Origin: Owenia fusiformis
Lineage: Eukaryota
Length of the DNA: 64,000 bases
Assembly (NCBI GenBank): GCA_903813345.2
Contig: CAIIXF020000001.1
Coordinates: forward strand, 49,538,001 to 49,602,000
Direction: 5' to 3'
Both the position numbers and the translations under genes were made by a program. Positions 12,069 to 24,000 of this stretch are shown here, one piece after another. Position 1 is the stretch's first letter. Each line of letters starts with the position of its first letter. The notes under the pieces are model-generated. The model was given only the letters and a program-made list of their open reading frames with translations. It was not told the DNA's origin and ran no database searches.

Positions 12069-15000
12069 TCATGTATCTATTCTGTCTTTGGTGGTTTGTC
12101 CAACAATCTCATATGACTGAAGATCAACATCAATGTCATCATTTACAGTCTCATTTACAGCTTGTGTATTTCCTGATGTAACTCTGTTGCTCTCCTTTGG
12201 TTTCTTGCCATGAAAGAAATTCCAAAGTTTCTTAGATATAGTTTTTGTCATTGAGAGTTGACTGATGTCGAGATGTGACATATGTGAATGTAGATTACTA
12301 CTAGACCTAGGAGGAAGACCTAGAGAGGCCGAGGGCTTCTCATCTTCAAATGCTTTCAGAACTTTGGGCCAGAACCATTTCCTTGTACGCTCATTAAAAT
12401 AGTCTAAGGGTGAAAAATGGCGGACCATGGTAGGCTCACTTGACCAATCATGGATTCTGATTGGCAAAAGCTTTTTGTTGCATATTGGATCTGCAAAATG
12501 TAACATGTTTATTATGTGCATGTACAGGGTGAGCCAAAAAAGGTACTAGTCACGCAAACAAATGGTTCATCCAACACAATCAGCCATTAACATTCAATCA
12601 AACATGCAAGCAGAACACTTTTTAGCAACAATATCTCTTTTAACTTGAAACAGAACCTGGAAGTAAAGAAATTGGCATTATCATTTGAAATCACCGTTCT
12701 TTTCTCATGTTCTTGTTTGTGATCAATTTAAAACTTAAACAGTGAGATGTTTAAAGTAGCTGTAAAACAAAATGATAACTTGACTAAGAACTTACCATTA
12801 GAGAGGCTCTGAGCAAACTTAGCTTTGATATTACCATAAAAGAGGATCTGGGCAAACTTGACTAAGAACTTACCATTAGACAGGGCCTGAGCAAATTTGA
12901 CCAAGAACTTACCATAAGAGGACCTAAGTAAACTTGACCTAGAACTTACCATAAGATAGGACCTAAGTAAACTTGACCTAGAACTTACTGTTAGAGAGGG
13001 CCTGAGCAAACTTGACCTAGAACTTACCATAATATAGGACCTAAGTAAACTTGACCTAGAACTTACTGTTAGAGAGGGCCTGAGAACACTTGACTTTGAA
13101 CTTAACATTAGAGAGGGCCTGAGCAAACTTGACCTAGAACTTACCATTAGAGGACCTAAGTAAACTTGACCTAGAACTTACTGTAAGAGAGGGCCTGAGA
13201 ACACTTGACCTAGAACTTACCATTAGACAGGGCCTGAGCAAACTTGACCTAGAACTTACCATTAGAGGACCTAAGTAAACTTGACCTAGAACTTACTGTA
13301 AGAGAGGGCCTGAGAACACTTGACCTTGAACTTACCATTAGAGAGGGCCTGAGCAAACATGACCTAGAACTTACCATTAGAGGACCTAAGTAAACTTGAC
13401 CTAGAACTTACCATAAGATAGGATCTAAGTAAACTTGACCTAGAACTTACTGTTAGAGAGGGCCTGAGAACACTTGACCTTGAACTTAACATTAGAGAGG
13501 GCCTGAGCAAACTTGACCTAGAACTTACCATTAGAGGACCTAAGTAAACTTGATCTAGAACTTACTGCAAGAGAGGGCCTGAGAACACTTGACCTTGAAC
13601 TTACCATTAGAATGGGCCTGAGCAAACTTGACATAGAACTTACCATTAGAGGACCTAAGTAAACTTGACCTAGAACTTACCATAAGATAGGACCTAAGTA
13701 AACTTGACCTAGAACTTACTGTTAGAGAGGGCCTGAGAAAACTTGACCTTGAACTTACCATAAGAGAGGGCCTGAGCAAACTTGACATAGAACTAACCAT
13801 AAGATAGGGCCTGAGCAAATTTGACCTAGAATGTACCATTAGAGAGGGTCTTAGTAAACTTGACAGGTAACTTATTATTAGACAGGGCCTATGCAAACTT
13901 CACCAAGGACTTACCATTAGACAGGGCCTGGGCAAATTTGACCTAGAACTTACCATTAGACAGGGCCTGGGCCAACTTGACCAAGAACTTTTCATTAGAG
14001 GACCTAAGCAAACTTGACCAAGAACTTACCATTAGACAGGGCTTGAGCAAACTTGACCAAGAACTTACCATAAGACAAGGCTTGAGCAAACTTGACCAAG
14101 AACTTACCATTAGAGAGGGTCTTAGCAAACTTGACATGGAACTTATCATTAAAGGACCTCAACAAACTTGACCAGAACTTACCAGTAGACATGGAACTTA
14201 TTATTAGACAGGGCCTGAGCAAATTTGACCTCGAACTTACCATTAGAGGTCCTAAGCAAACCTGACCAAGAAATTACCATTAGACAGGGCATGACCAAAC
14301 TTGACATAGAACTTACCATTAGAGAGGGCCTGGGTGAGCAAATTTAACCAAGAACTTACCATTAGAGGACCTAAGTAAACTTGACTTAGAACTTACCATT
14401 AAAGAGGACCTGAGCTTTGACCTGTCACTTACCATTAGAGAGGGTGTGAACAAATTTGACCTAGAACTTACCATTAAACAGGGCTGAGCAAACTTGACCA
14501 AGAACTTATCATTACAGGTCCTGGGCAAATTTGACCAAGAACTTACCATTAGACAGGGCCGGAGCAAACTTGACCAAGAACTTACCATTAGACAGAGCCT
14601 GAGCAAATTTGACCAAGACCTTACCATTAGACAGGGTTGGAGCAAATTTGACCAAGAACTTATCATTAGAGGTCCAGGGCAAACTCGACCAAGAACTTAC
14701 CATTAGACAGGGCCTGAGCAAATTTGACCAAGAACTTACCATTAGACAGGGCCTGAGCAAACTTGACCTGGAACTGGCACTCTGGAGACAGCTTCCACTT
14801 CTCTGAGAGAACAATCACCACACGTGAGCACCTGTAACAAGTAACTGCATCTAATTACATGTACATGGAAAGGTGTTCTATGTTTTTTATCTGATAATGG
14901 TAATAGGGATTCATCATGTTCTTTTCACAGTAAGTGTGTCACTTTATCTACTATAATTTGTCCTATATCATTCGAAAGTTACTTTTATGGCAGTTTGCTG

Positions 15001-18000
15001 TTTAAAATGTTTTATCAAGATGTACCAAGGCTCAATAAATAGAATAAATAGAAAATATTATTTTTCAAGGTTTTTTATATCGTTTTGAATTTATCAAAAA
15101 AACTTTATGTTGAAATAAGTCATTACTTTTCCTAAGGAAGTTAGTAAGCAGATAAAATAAAGAAATATCCTGATGATAATCGCAAACCTTTTCTCCATAA
15201 GTTCTGCAGTGACGACTGTTCTGAAGTTACCACTAGTTCTGAGATCTCTATCCGGAATGAAAAGCTTTTTGCCATTTTCTTTTTCCAGTTTTTGGATCAA
15301 CTGAAGCACAAAATCCAAGTCATCCTCGTGGTAGCTCACATAGGCATCAAAGTGCTGTTTTCTTTCTGGTGCTGAAAACAAAGTATTTAGTCACTAAAGG
15401 AACATTCTAGGAAAAGGAAAATGATGTAATTATTGGTACAAAAGCAGGGTTTCTACAACATTTTCATCAAGAGAATCTCTGAGATTTCCAAGACACTGAA
15501 GGCAAAAATATTGGCTTCCAAATTTTCTGCTTTGCCCGGCCTCCCGAAAGCCCAAATAAATAGATTTTCCTTACATTTTCAGATCTGTAGGAACCATTCA
15601 AAGACTCCTTGATTTATTGTTTCATGATGGATAATCATTTAAATCATAGCAAAATGCATGACACATGTCATACCAGAACATAAAATTGAGACCAATAATA
15701 TTCATCATGTATATAAGTCATGAGACCTATTGAAACAGGTTAGGGTCTTCATCTTGGAGTGGTACTAAATGATAATGCTTTAACAATTAACATGAGATTG
15801 AAAAAGATCCGTTACAAGAGTGGGTGTAATGTAGTCTTGCAAAGTGAAAATTTTGAATCCCAAAGAAACTTACTATCCCCTACAGCAAACAGCATATCAT
15901 CAACAGGCACTACTAGCTCAGGCTCACACTCAGAGCTATCTACTGAAATAAACAATACATAAAGTATATATATTTACTAAATATTAACATCATTCTGATT
16001 TACAAGACCCTTCTTATCTATCATTTGTATGGGAAGGTCAAGACAAAGTGACAGTGTATATCATCCTCATGCATTCAATCATCTGGTTGTTACTAATGTA
16101 ACAATGTGTTTTAAGTCTCATTGTCATGGCAACAGTTCTGCAAAACAAAGATTTTGTATTGAAAAGTATGTATAGTTCAGAAATCCTGCACACTTTTGTG
16201 CTGTTATTGGGATATGGCACTTTATCACATACTATTTAGAAATCTAGTGATTTGATTGGTTGCTTTCTATGACGTATTTCCCGTATCACATAGATTTCCT
16301 ATGATACAGGGTGACAAAAAAAAACTGGAACCCATAAATCATAAAATTTCTCAGAAAGTATTATACCTACATTCTTCATTTCTTCAGGGTAGAAACTAGA
16401 CTGAATGCATGACAAAATGACATAATAATGAGTACTGTAGCTTAGATATTAATCATGCCATGGACGACAGAAGAAAATACTTATATTGTGAGAAAGTATA
16501 TCGAGACAAAAAGACAAACTGCCTATATGAGAGATCACAGGGCAAGAAGAGCCCCTTGCAAGTCACAGATCTTTAGGCTTGTACAGAAGTTTGATTCAGA
16601 AGGAACTGTAAAACCAACAAAGAAGAAAAGTGATGGTAAACCAACCTATTCGGGGAGAGAGAGGTCTGTCAGAACTCAAGACAACTCAACAGTCAACTCA
16701 GAACGTTACATTCCTAACGTTCAAAAGTTTTGGAGAGAGCTGGGTAGACGACGTGACTTGAGAAGGGACCAGCAATGGTTCCAACAAGATGGTGCCACAC
16801 CCCACACCTCAAATGAGTCCATTCAATGGCTTCAGGCTCACTTTGGTGATCAATTAATCAGTCACCATACCCGCCACATCTGCCCCCCCCCTCCACTCCC
16901 CTGATTTGAACCCCCCAAATTTTTATCTGTGGAGGTATCTCAAGGATAATGTGTATACAGATAGTCCACTGACCATTGATGACCTCAAACTCAACATTGG
17001 AAGACTAATTAGAGAGATAGACAGATATGAATGCAGTCGGGTCATGGACAATTTTGCAAGAAGAATCCAGCTCTGCATCCAACGTTGTGGTGCACATTTG
17101 GAGCACATTATCTAATCGTGCCTCATTTGGAGACTAATTGAGCTATAATGCTAAAACTTTATCATCTTGTCATACATTCAGTTGACTATACATGTACCCA
17201 ATAACTAAGCTCAATATGCATTATTGACGAAGTTATCAAGACTTAAGTGGGTTCCAGTTTTTTTTGTCACCCTGTACAAGCACACGTACCACACGTTGTC
17301 TATGGTAACGAAATGACGTCATACAACTTTATTCTATTCTTTCCTGATTCAAAATGACGTCATATATAGGCTATGTTACTATTTCTAGAAACGATGAATT
17401 CGTTATTTGAGGAACTAGAAGTTAGAACGACAAAGAAAGATATCGATCAAATCACTAGATTTCTACATAGTATGTGATAAAATCGTCATCACACATTTCA
17501 GTGTATGCGATACGGGAAATATTCCACTCAGTAAAAAAGTATCACCACTCAAGCTGCGCTTTCGTGGTTATACAATTTTTACTTTCATGGAATATTTCCC
17601 GTATCGCATGCTGAAACGTGTAATAACTGATAGTATGCTTCTTTTTTAAAGAAAGGGTTGGGCTGTTTTTTTGTCATATTTATTGGGATCATAGTCATTA
17701 CACTGTTCATTGCCATTAATATTAAAGTGACCTGGTACCGATTCCTTTACATCAATACAATTGCCTCTCAAGATACAAGTATGTAAACATACAGTCATCT
17801 ACCTGTACCGCTGACAAATCTAACAGCTTTGAATTCTGAGAATTCTTTATTTAGATTAAATTTTTTTAAATAGGAATAGGACTACAACACAAAGCAAGAT
17901 GTTAATGTCAATTGATTGCTGACATACATAGATTTCTATTGAAATATCCTAAAAACTAAAATTTGAAAAATGTTCTCCTGCAAAACAAATGTGCCACTCA

Positions 18001-21000
18001 TAATACCTTACTGTAGACTTCTTTAGATTGGCGGGTCGGGTGCAATATTTCGCGCCCTGTGGCATGGAGGATGGGATTTACGCGTGTTTATAAAAGTCAT
18101 TGAATGGAGTTCAATTGAAATATATTTAAACTTTTACGCACTTACATGGATTTTATAATATAGATGTACACGTATATTGATAGGGTATGCAGAAATTCCA
18201 AAGTGAAGCTATTCTGATCAAGCTCTTTGGTTGAATCCAAATATTTTTTTGAACTAAAAATTGCAAAACATATTAAAATGTGACATAAGAAACCATTCTC
18301 AGGAATCGATTATTAGACAATATTAGATAAGTTTATTAGTTGTAGAATTTTTTTCAAAATGTCAAGGTGACCTCTGTATGAATTACCTGGTCTTCTAAAT
18401 ATTTTTCCCATTACCTGGGTGACCTGTCTGTCTGTTTGTATCCTATAAGATGTTATAATGCCATCAATATGATCATGCATACCTTAAACATTGTACTGAT
18501 TCTAATGATCTCATAAAAATACTCTTTATTTCAAATAACTTTTTTAAAAACTGGTATCTAAATACAACAGATTTCATATATGACTTTCAGTTTCGTTTAT
18601 TAACTTTGAGAAGGCAGTATAGAGGATTTATAGCCAACTTAAAGTTTGCAGGCTTATACCAGGAATAGTATCTCCTCATACACTGTACTAAAAGACATTG
18701 CCCACAATGTAATCCAATGGGTTGGAAAGAATGGCCGACGGACCAGTTTTAACGTTATCCGATTTTGTTGAAAAAAATCAGTGAACTATTGGCACCATTT
18801 GTAACCCCATGTTAAAGGGCCATTATGATCTGAGAACATTCTTGAAAAATGAAACACCCTACACTGGAATCATCTATTTATCCATCAATATAGCGAGTTA
18901 TCTATTTAGGATGTCTACCAAGCAACTGATTTATGCAACAGCTACAGGAGATCTTTCTGATCTCTTGCAAGGTTTAAATTAACGGAATAAGGCGTTTTAA
19001 TGACTTATGTAACTAAATCTTTATTTTTAACTTCATTTAGAAGATTTTTTATAATACAGTGCATGCATAGTATAAACACATGAATAGATTGTTAGTGTAA
19101 AGTTCATACTTAAAGTACTTTAGGAACATAAGTTGGTCTAAAACATGAATATTAAAAAAGCTATTGAGTACATTTGAAATTAGAAAAAGCGCCATTAATC
19201 TGGTTTACTTCCTTGTATATTTCTCTGAATCTACCATGCTGAAAAAATATTGAGAATTGATTCGTCTTGTAAAGCACACCTGATTTCACAAAAGAATGAA
19301 AGAAGAGTGTCTTTAAAAGCTGAGTAAATTTTTTTGGAAAATAGGCTTTATTTTATATTGTAATAAAAATCTACATAAATCTTAAGTGATTTATTTGTTC
19401 CATAAATGTATCAATATTGATTTAATAAAATTTGAATCAATGTCAAACTGACTGTTAAGTCATTTTTTCTCTGTTCAGTTTTATTCTCATTTTTGAAAGT
19501 ACAATTTAAATGTACACTGTTTACCATACCCAGTGAGTCATCTTGGGATTTTTATGATTTAGGCATTTTCACGAATAAGTGACACTTTTCCATTTCAAAA
19601 TGTCAAAATTTTTTTTTCAAGTTTTCCTTATTGTTTATGAAGATTTTTGCTCTTTTATATGTCAGGCTTTTGATGATGTAAAAATTCCTAAGTATCCGCA
19701 TCTGCAAATTTACAAAATACTGTCATCTTTATAGGTACTGAAATTGGCATTACGGACAATTCACGCTCAATATGCTCACAAACCAACATTCAAAACAGGA
19801 ATATTATTGTTTCTGACATATTTTTTAAGTCTTATATCATTGATAACACATTTTGTACAACAACTGGTTGCAAAATATGAAGAAAAAGGAATATTTGTTT
19901 TGAACATATCTACCTCCTCACTTAATGAATTAGATTTTACAAAATAAAATCACATCATTAGATAAATTCACATTGCAGCCCCAACAACAGTATCCAATTT
20001 TGTGGATTATTCCACGGTCTTTCAATTACTATCCACTGAATTATCTGTGTTTGTTTCAAAATCTGTCAATTTATGTTTAAATGATGAAAGAGATAGCATT
20101 ACGGACACCTCAAATTTGCTCGTTTTAAATTCTTTTCAGTTTTAGGTCGCAAAAGTAAGTTTTGTTTCAAGATATATATATATACAAAACCTTTTTGTAA
20201 CAATTGTTTATCAAAATAATTGAATATGTATGGTGAATGAACTTTATTTAGCCCCTTTGCCTAGGTATACAATAAACATGTATGATATCAAATGACACAA
20301 ACAATTTAAAATAAATATATAAAATTGAAAACGAATTATGCTTTTCATCCAAAATGAACTTGAAGCACTCTTGCTGCTTTGTTTTGGGGTATTTGCTGTT
20401 CTTTGGTCTAGTTGTCACAAAAGATTAAAACTCATCATCTCCACTGTACATTGTGTTTATATGAATTCAAATATCATGTTTTTTGATGCAATACTTTTTT
20501 GGTACTTCATGAGTCATTTCAGAATGTGTTAACAATGCGTTGAAATCTTTGGACTGGATTCTCTGTACCACTATTAGATATATTGCCTTTTAAGTGCAAC
20601 ATTTTAAAAAATTTCTTTCAAGTACATGTTTCCTCTTATTTTCTTTTGCTGGTTTGTATTTTTAACCTAATATCTTTTTCCTCCTCTGCATACTTTGTTT
20701 TCTCCATTTTTTTACTTATAAAGGTTATTTACTGCTTTGAAAATAAGTTATTTTTGCTTTAAACATAAAATCAATAGGCTTGAGGTGTCCGTAATGTTTT
20801 TTAAAAACTATTTATTCTTTTTATTTGTTTCCATTTATTTCAAAAAACTAAATCTAGTTTTGACTCCATATGCCTAGTAAAGACTTGGAATTTAAAATCA
20901 ATTTTAATTAATTTCTGCCTCATTTTTAATCAGTACTGATGTTTGTAAAATGAACCCCCGTAGCTTATGGTAAAAAAAAATTTCAAATATTATCAGTGGC

Positions 21001-24000
21001 AATACCAGTTAAATTTAATAAACATATGTAGAGAGACACTTGGGAATTATTCAACAGTGATTTTTGGGATAAAGTAAGCTAATTTCACAATTTGAATTGA
21101 TAAATCATGTAGCATTACGGACACCTCACTACATTTCAGACACCATATCTGCTTCTGGATCAGAAAGTAAAAGGTCAATCATTGTTAAATTATTATTTGA
21201 TTGATAAGTTGTGTTCATTTCATTAAAAAATAAGAATAGTTAAGATATAAGTACTGTGTAAATTGTAGAAACTTTGCCATTACGGACACCTCATGGTTTG
21301 TGACTCCTAAAAAATGATTCAGAACTTTTATTCGCTATTTGTTAATTAAATAATTCCAAGTGAAAAGCTTTTTACAAGTTATATATGAATATGTTAGCTA
21401 TTCAAAATCATTATATATGAAGGAAAATACTCAGCTACAGATTTTCTGTGCTAAAAAACATAAAATACCTCTCCAAAAAATGGAAAAGTGTTACAGAGTA
21501 GTCATGATATAAAAACGGTTACAACTTGGGCTATATGACAGTGTTTGAAACAATTTAAAAAACATATTAAAGATAAATGATTTAGCTACCACTTGGTATT
21601 AGAATTGTCTATCTATCTATGATATTAGCCCTTCTGTGATCGTGTAAACATGGTCACAATTTAAGTGAAATGCTTGTTACACCAAAAAACAGCATATTTT
21701 GGGTCATTACTTGTTGATTTTTAAAATAAGCAACAACATATTGTATTATTTCATGATGTGCATATAAGACCATTATGGTACCAACTTCTAGAAAGCATTG
21801 TTTTTCTTTTATACCTTAAATTGAATAAATAAGGATGCTGTTACAAAAAAATATCGAAAAGTGTCACTTATTCGTGAAAATGCCTTTTACTAGTAAGCAT
21901 AGTTTTGTTCTGTTGCTATACTTGATCAATGAATATGTTCTAAGAAAAATGCTCTTAACATAACATGAGGGTTCTCACTAGGCTTTTAGACTTCAGAGAT
22001 TCTCCAGAGTCTAATGTCTTAAAACCCTCTTGCTCCAGAATCTAATAGCTTTTCTGAAGTCTAAAGTGTTTTTTCCGAAGTCTAATTTTACATTTTTGTC
22101 ACATTATTTGCAGTAAAACTCTTGAGAAAATACATAAAACTGGATACAAACAAGGAAGAGGAAGTTAGAAACCTTTTAGAAATAAATATTGGGATTAAAA
22201 TAGCAAGATAATCTTAGGAAGTATGTTGAAAAGTACACTTATAGGATATCTCTGATCTCACATGGGGGAGAAGTAGCCGCGATACCGCGAAAATGTAGTC
22301 AAATACCGCTAAAAATCCGGGGTCTAAAAATTTCCTGGTGAGAACCCTGCATATCATTATGATATATAAATCATGTGCTAAATGCAACTTAATGTTTCTA
22401 CTATGTGCTCCTTGACCTTTCAATGTAGACAATATATCTTGTATTATCACATGGTTAGTAGTTTCTAAGCATTTAGTCAATAGTAACTATATGACGTCAC
22501 TGGTTATATCACTTCGTAGCTTCGTAGAACGAGTATCACAGCATGGAAATAATGAGATCACTTATTGATTTATTTTGGCTTTTATCCGGTCAATGAATTT
22601 GAGTACACAAAAGTTATTGAGGGTGTGAGCAAGGGTTATATATTTTATTTCAATTTTGATATATCATTATTGTTTTTAAGAATTCTGCGCCAGAGGGATT
22701 TAATTTTTAGAAATACAATACATGGCACCATGTGATTATATTCTTACAAAATGTTTACACATATCGGGAGAGAAAATTAGACTAAATGAGATTTTTTTCA
22801 AAAAAAATTTCATGACTGACATATTTTTTATCATATATGTTTTTGAACACTTTCTCGCTTTCTACAGGTAAAACTTTACAAAACAGGAATCAGTAGACCA
22901 ATATCAAGATGAAAATTATGTTTCTTCAAAAGGACCCCAAATTATCCCTTTTGCTAAGACTCTAAATCAATCTGATTAATGACTTACTTTTAGGATCCTG
23001 TACAGGTTGATTAATGTACAGAACTTCAGGTTGTTTCTCCTGTTCTAATCTCTTCAAATGTTTCTCAATAGCTCTACCTGAAATAAAGACAATACTAAAT
23101 ATCTAGCTACAGGGTGACATAAAAAATGTAAACCCCCTTATTTTGGAACAAATTTCTGAATTTGGGATTTCTGCCTTCACCATTTTTTGAGTCATTTTCG
23201 GATATCAATACAATCCATCTACTCATTTTGTGGAATGGCTTTTTAAATCATAATATATATATCTTTTATATACATCTTTTATTGACTCTTTTAGATGTCA
23301 TATCATGACATATTAGTCACTAAGGTAGAGCAGTTCTTCCCATTGTCGAGTTGAAGAACTGGTATCTTTATCCTGGCTAGAACCATAGACAATTCTAGCC
23401 AGCGCCAGCCTTTTATCGAGTCAGCAGCACTCTTGTAATCGCCGGTATAGGTCAGTAGTCATAGGTCAAAGACAAATCACAAGAAGTGCTGTGACCTGGG
23501 TTAGAACCCAAGACCTCTACTTTTCAGCATGAAGCCAGACTTCCTGCTTTTCAGACCAATGCCTTAACCACTAGGCCGAAGACATACAGTTTATAAATTT
23601 GATGTTGACCAAGATTTCTGCATATTTGAGTAATTTGGCACGAACAATGTCGAACATACCCCTAAACCATATATCAAAAAGATTACATCAAAGGCTTAGG
23701 CTATAACACAATTCTCTTGTTAGCGTTATGATTATAGGACGGGAAAATTGAAGGGGGATGCATTGAGGTATATGTTGACTTACAGACTCATGAAAAACTA
23801 GAACTGATATACTGTACTAGTTTTCTAAGACTCTCAAAAGACTTTTAAATAGAGTTCTCAACTCGATTTTTTACCGGGGCCTTATACTCTCCAAGCTTTG
23901 AGCTAGCAGTAGCTCTAGGAACATGTACAATTAGTGAAAAATCAAAGTTTGTCTTCTGAAAAGTTGACTATCCTTTTAGAAAAAAAGGTTATTCCTGGGC

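Noticed and set aside
12778..14775. CRISPR-like appearance of regularly spaced repeats
   Set aside because: There are no unique spacers and no cas genes, the context is eukaryotic, and the units are contiguous variants of a host exon end.
14770..14800. Possible TIR NADase activity
   Set aside because: The alphaC region reads ECQFQ, as in MyD88, and lacks the WCxxE catalytic glutamate of SARM1 and plant TIRs.
12728..14814. Many Ser/Leu/Arg-rich ORFs on both strands (MVSSRSSLLRPSL..., KLDQELTIRQG...)
   Set aside because: These are translations of the 39-bp satellite, whose unit length is a multiple of 3, and they break at every 37-bp unit. They are not independent genes.
23485..23582. Functional tRNA gene
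   Set aside because: Box A- and B-like motifs are present, but the acceptor and anticodon stems do not pair convincingly; treated as SINE-like.
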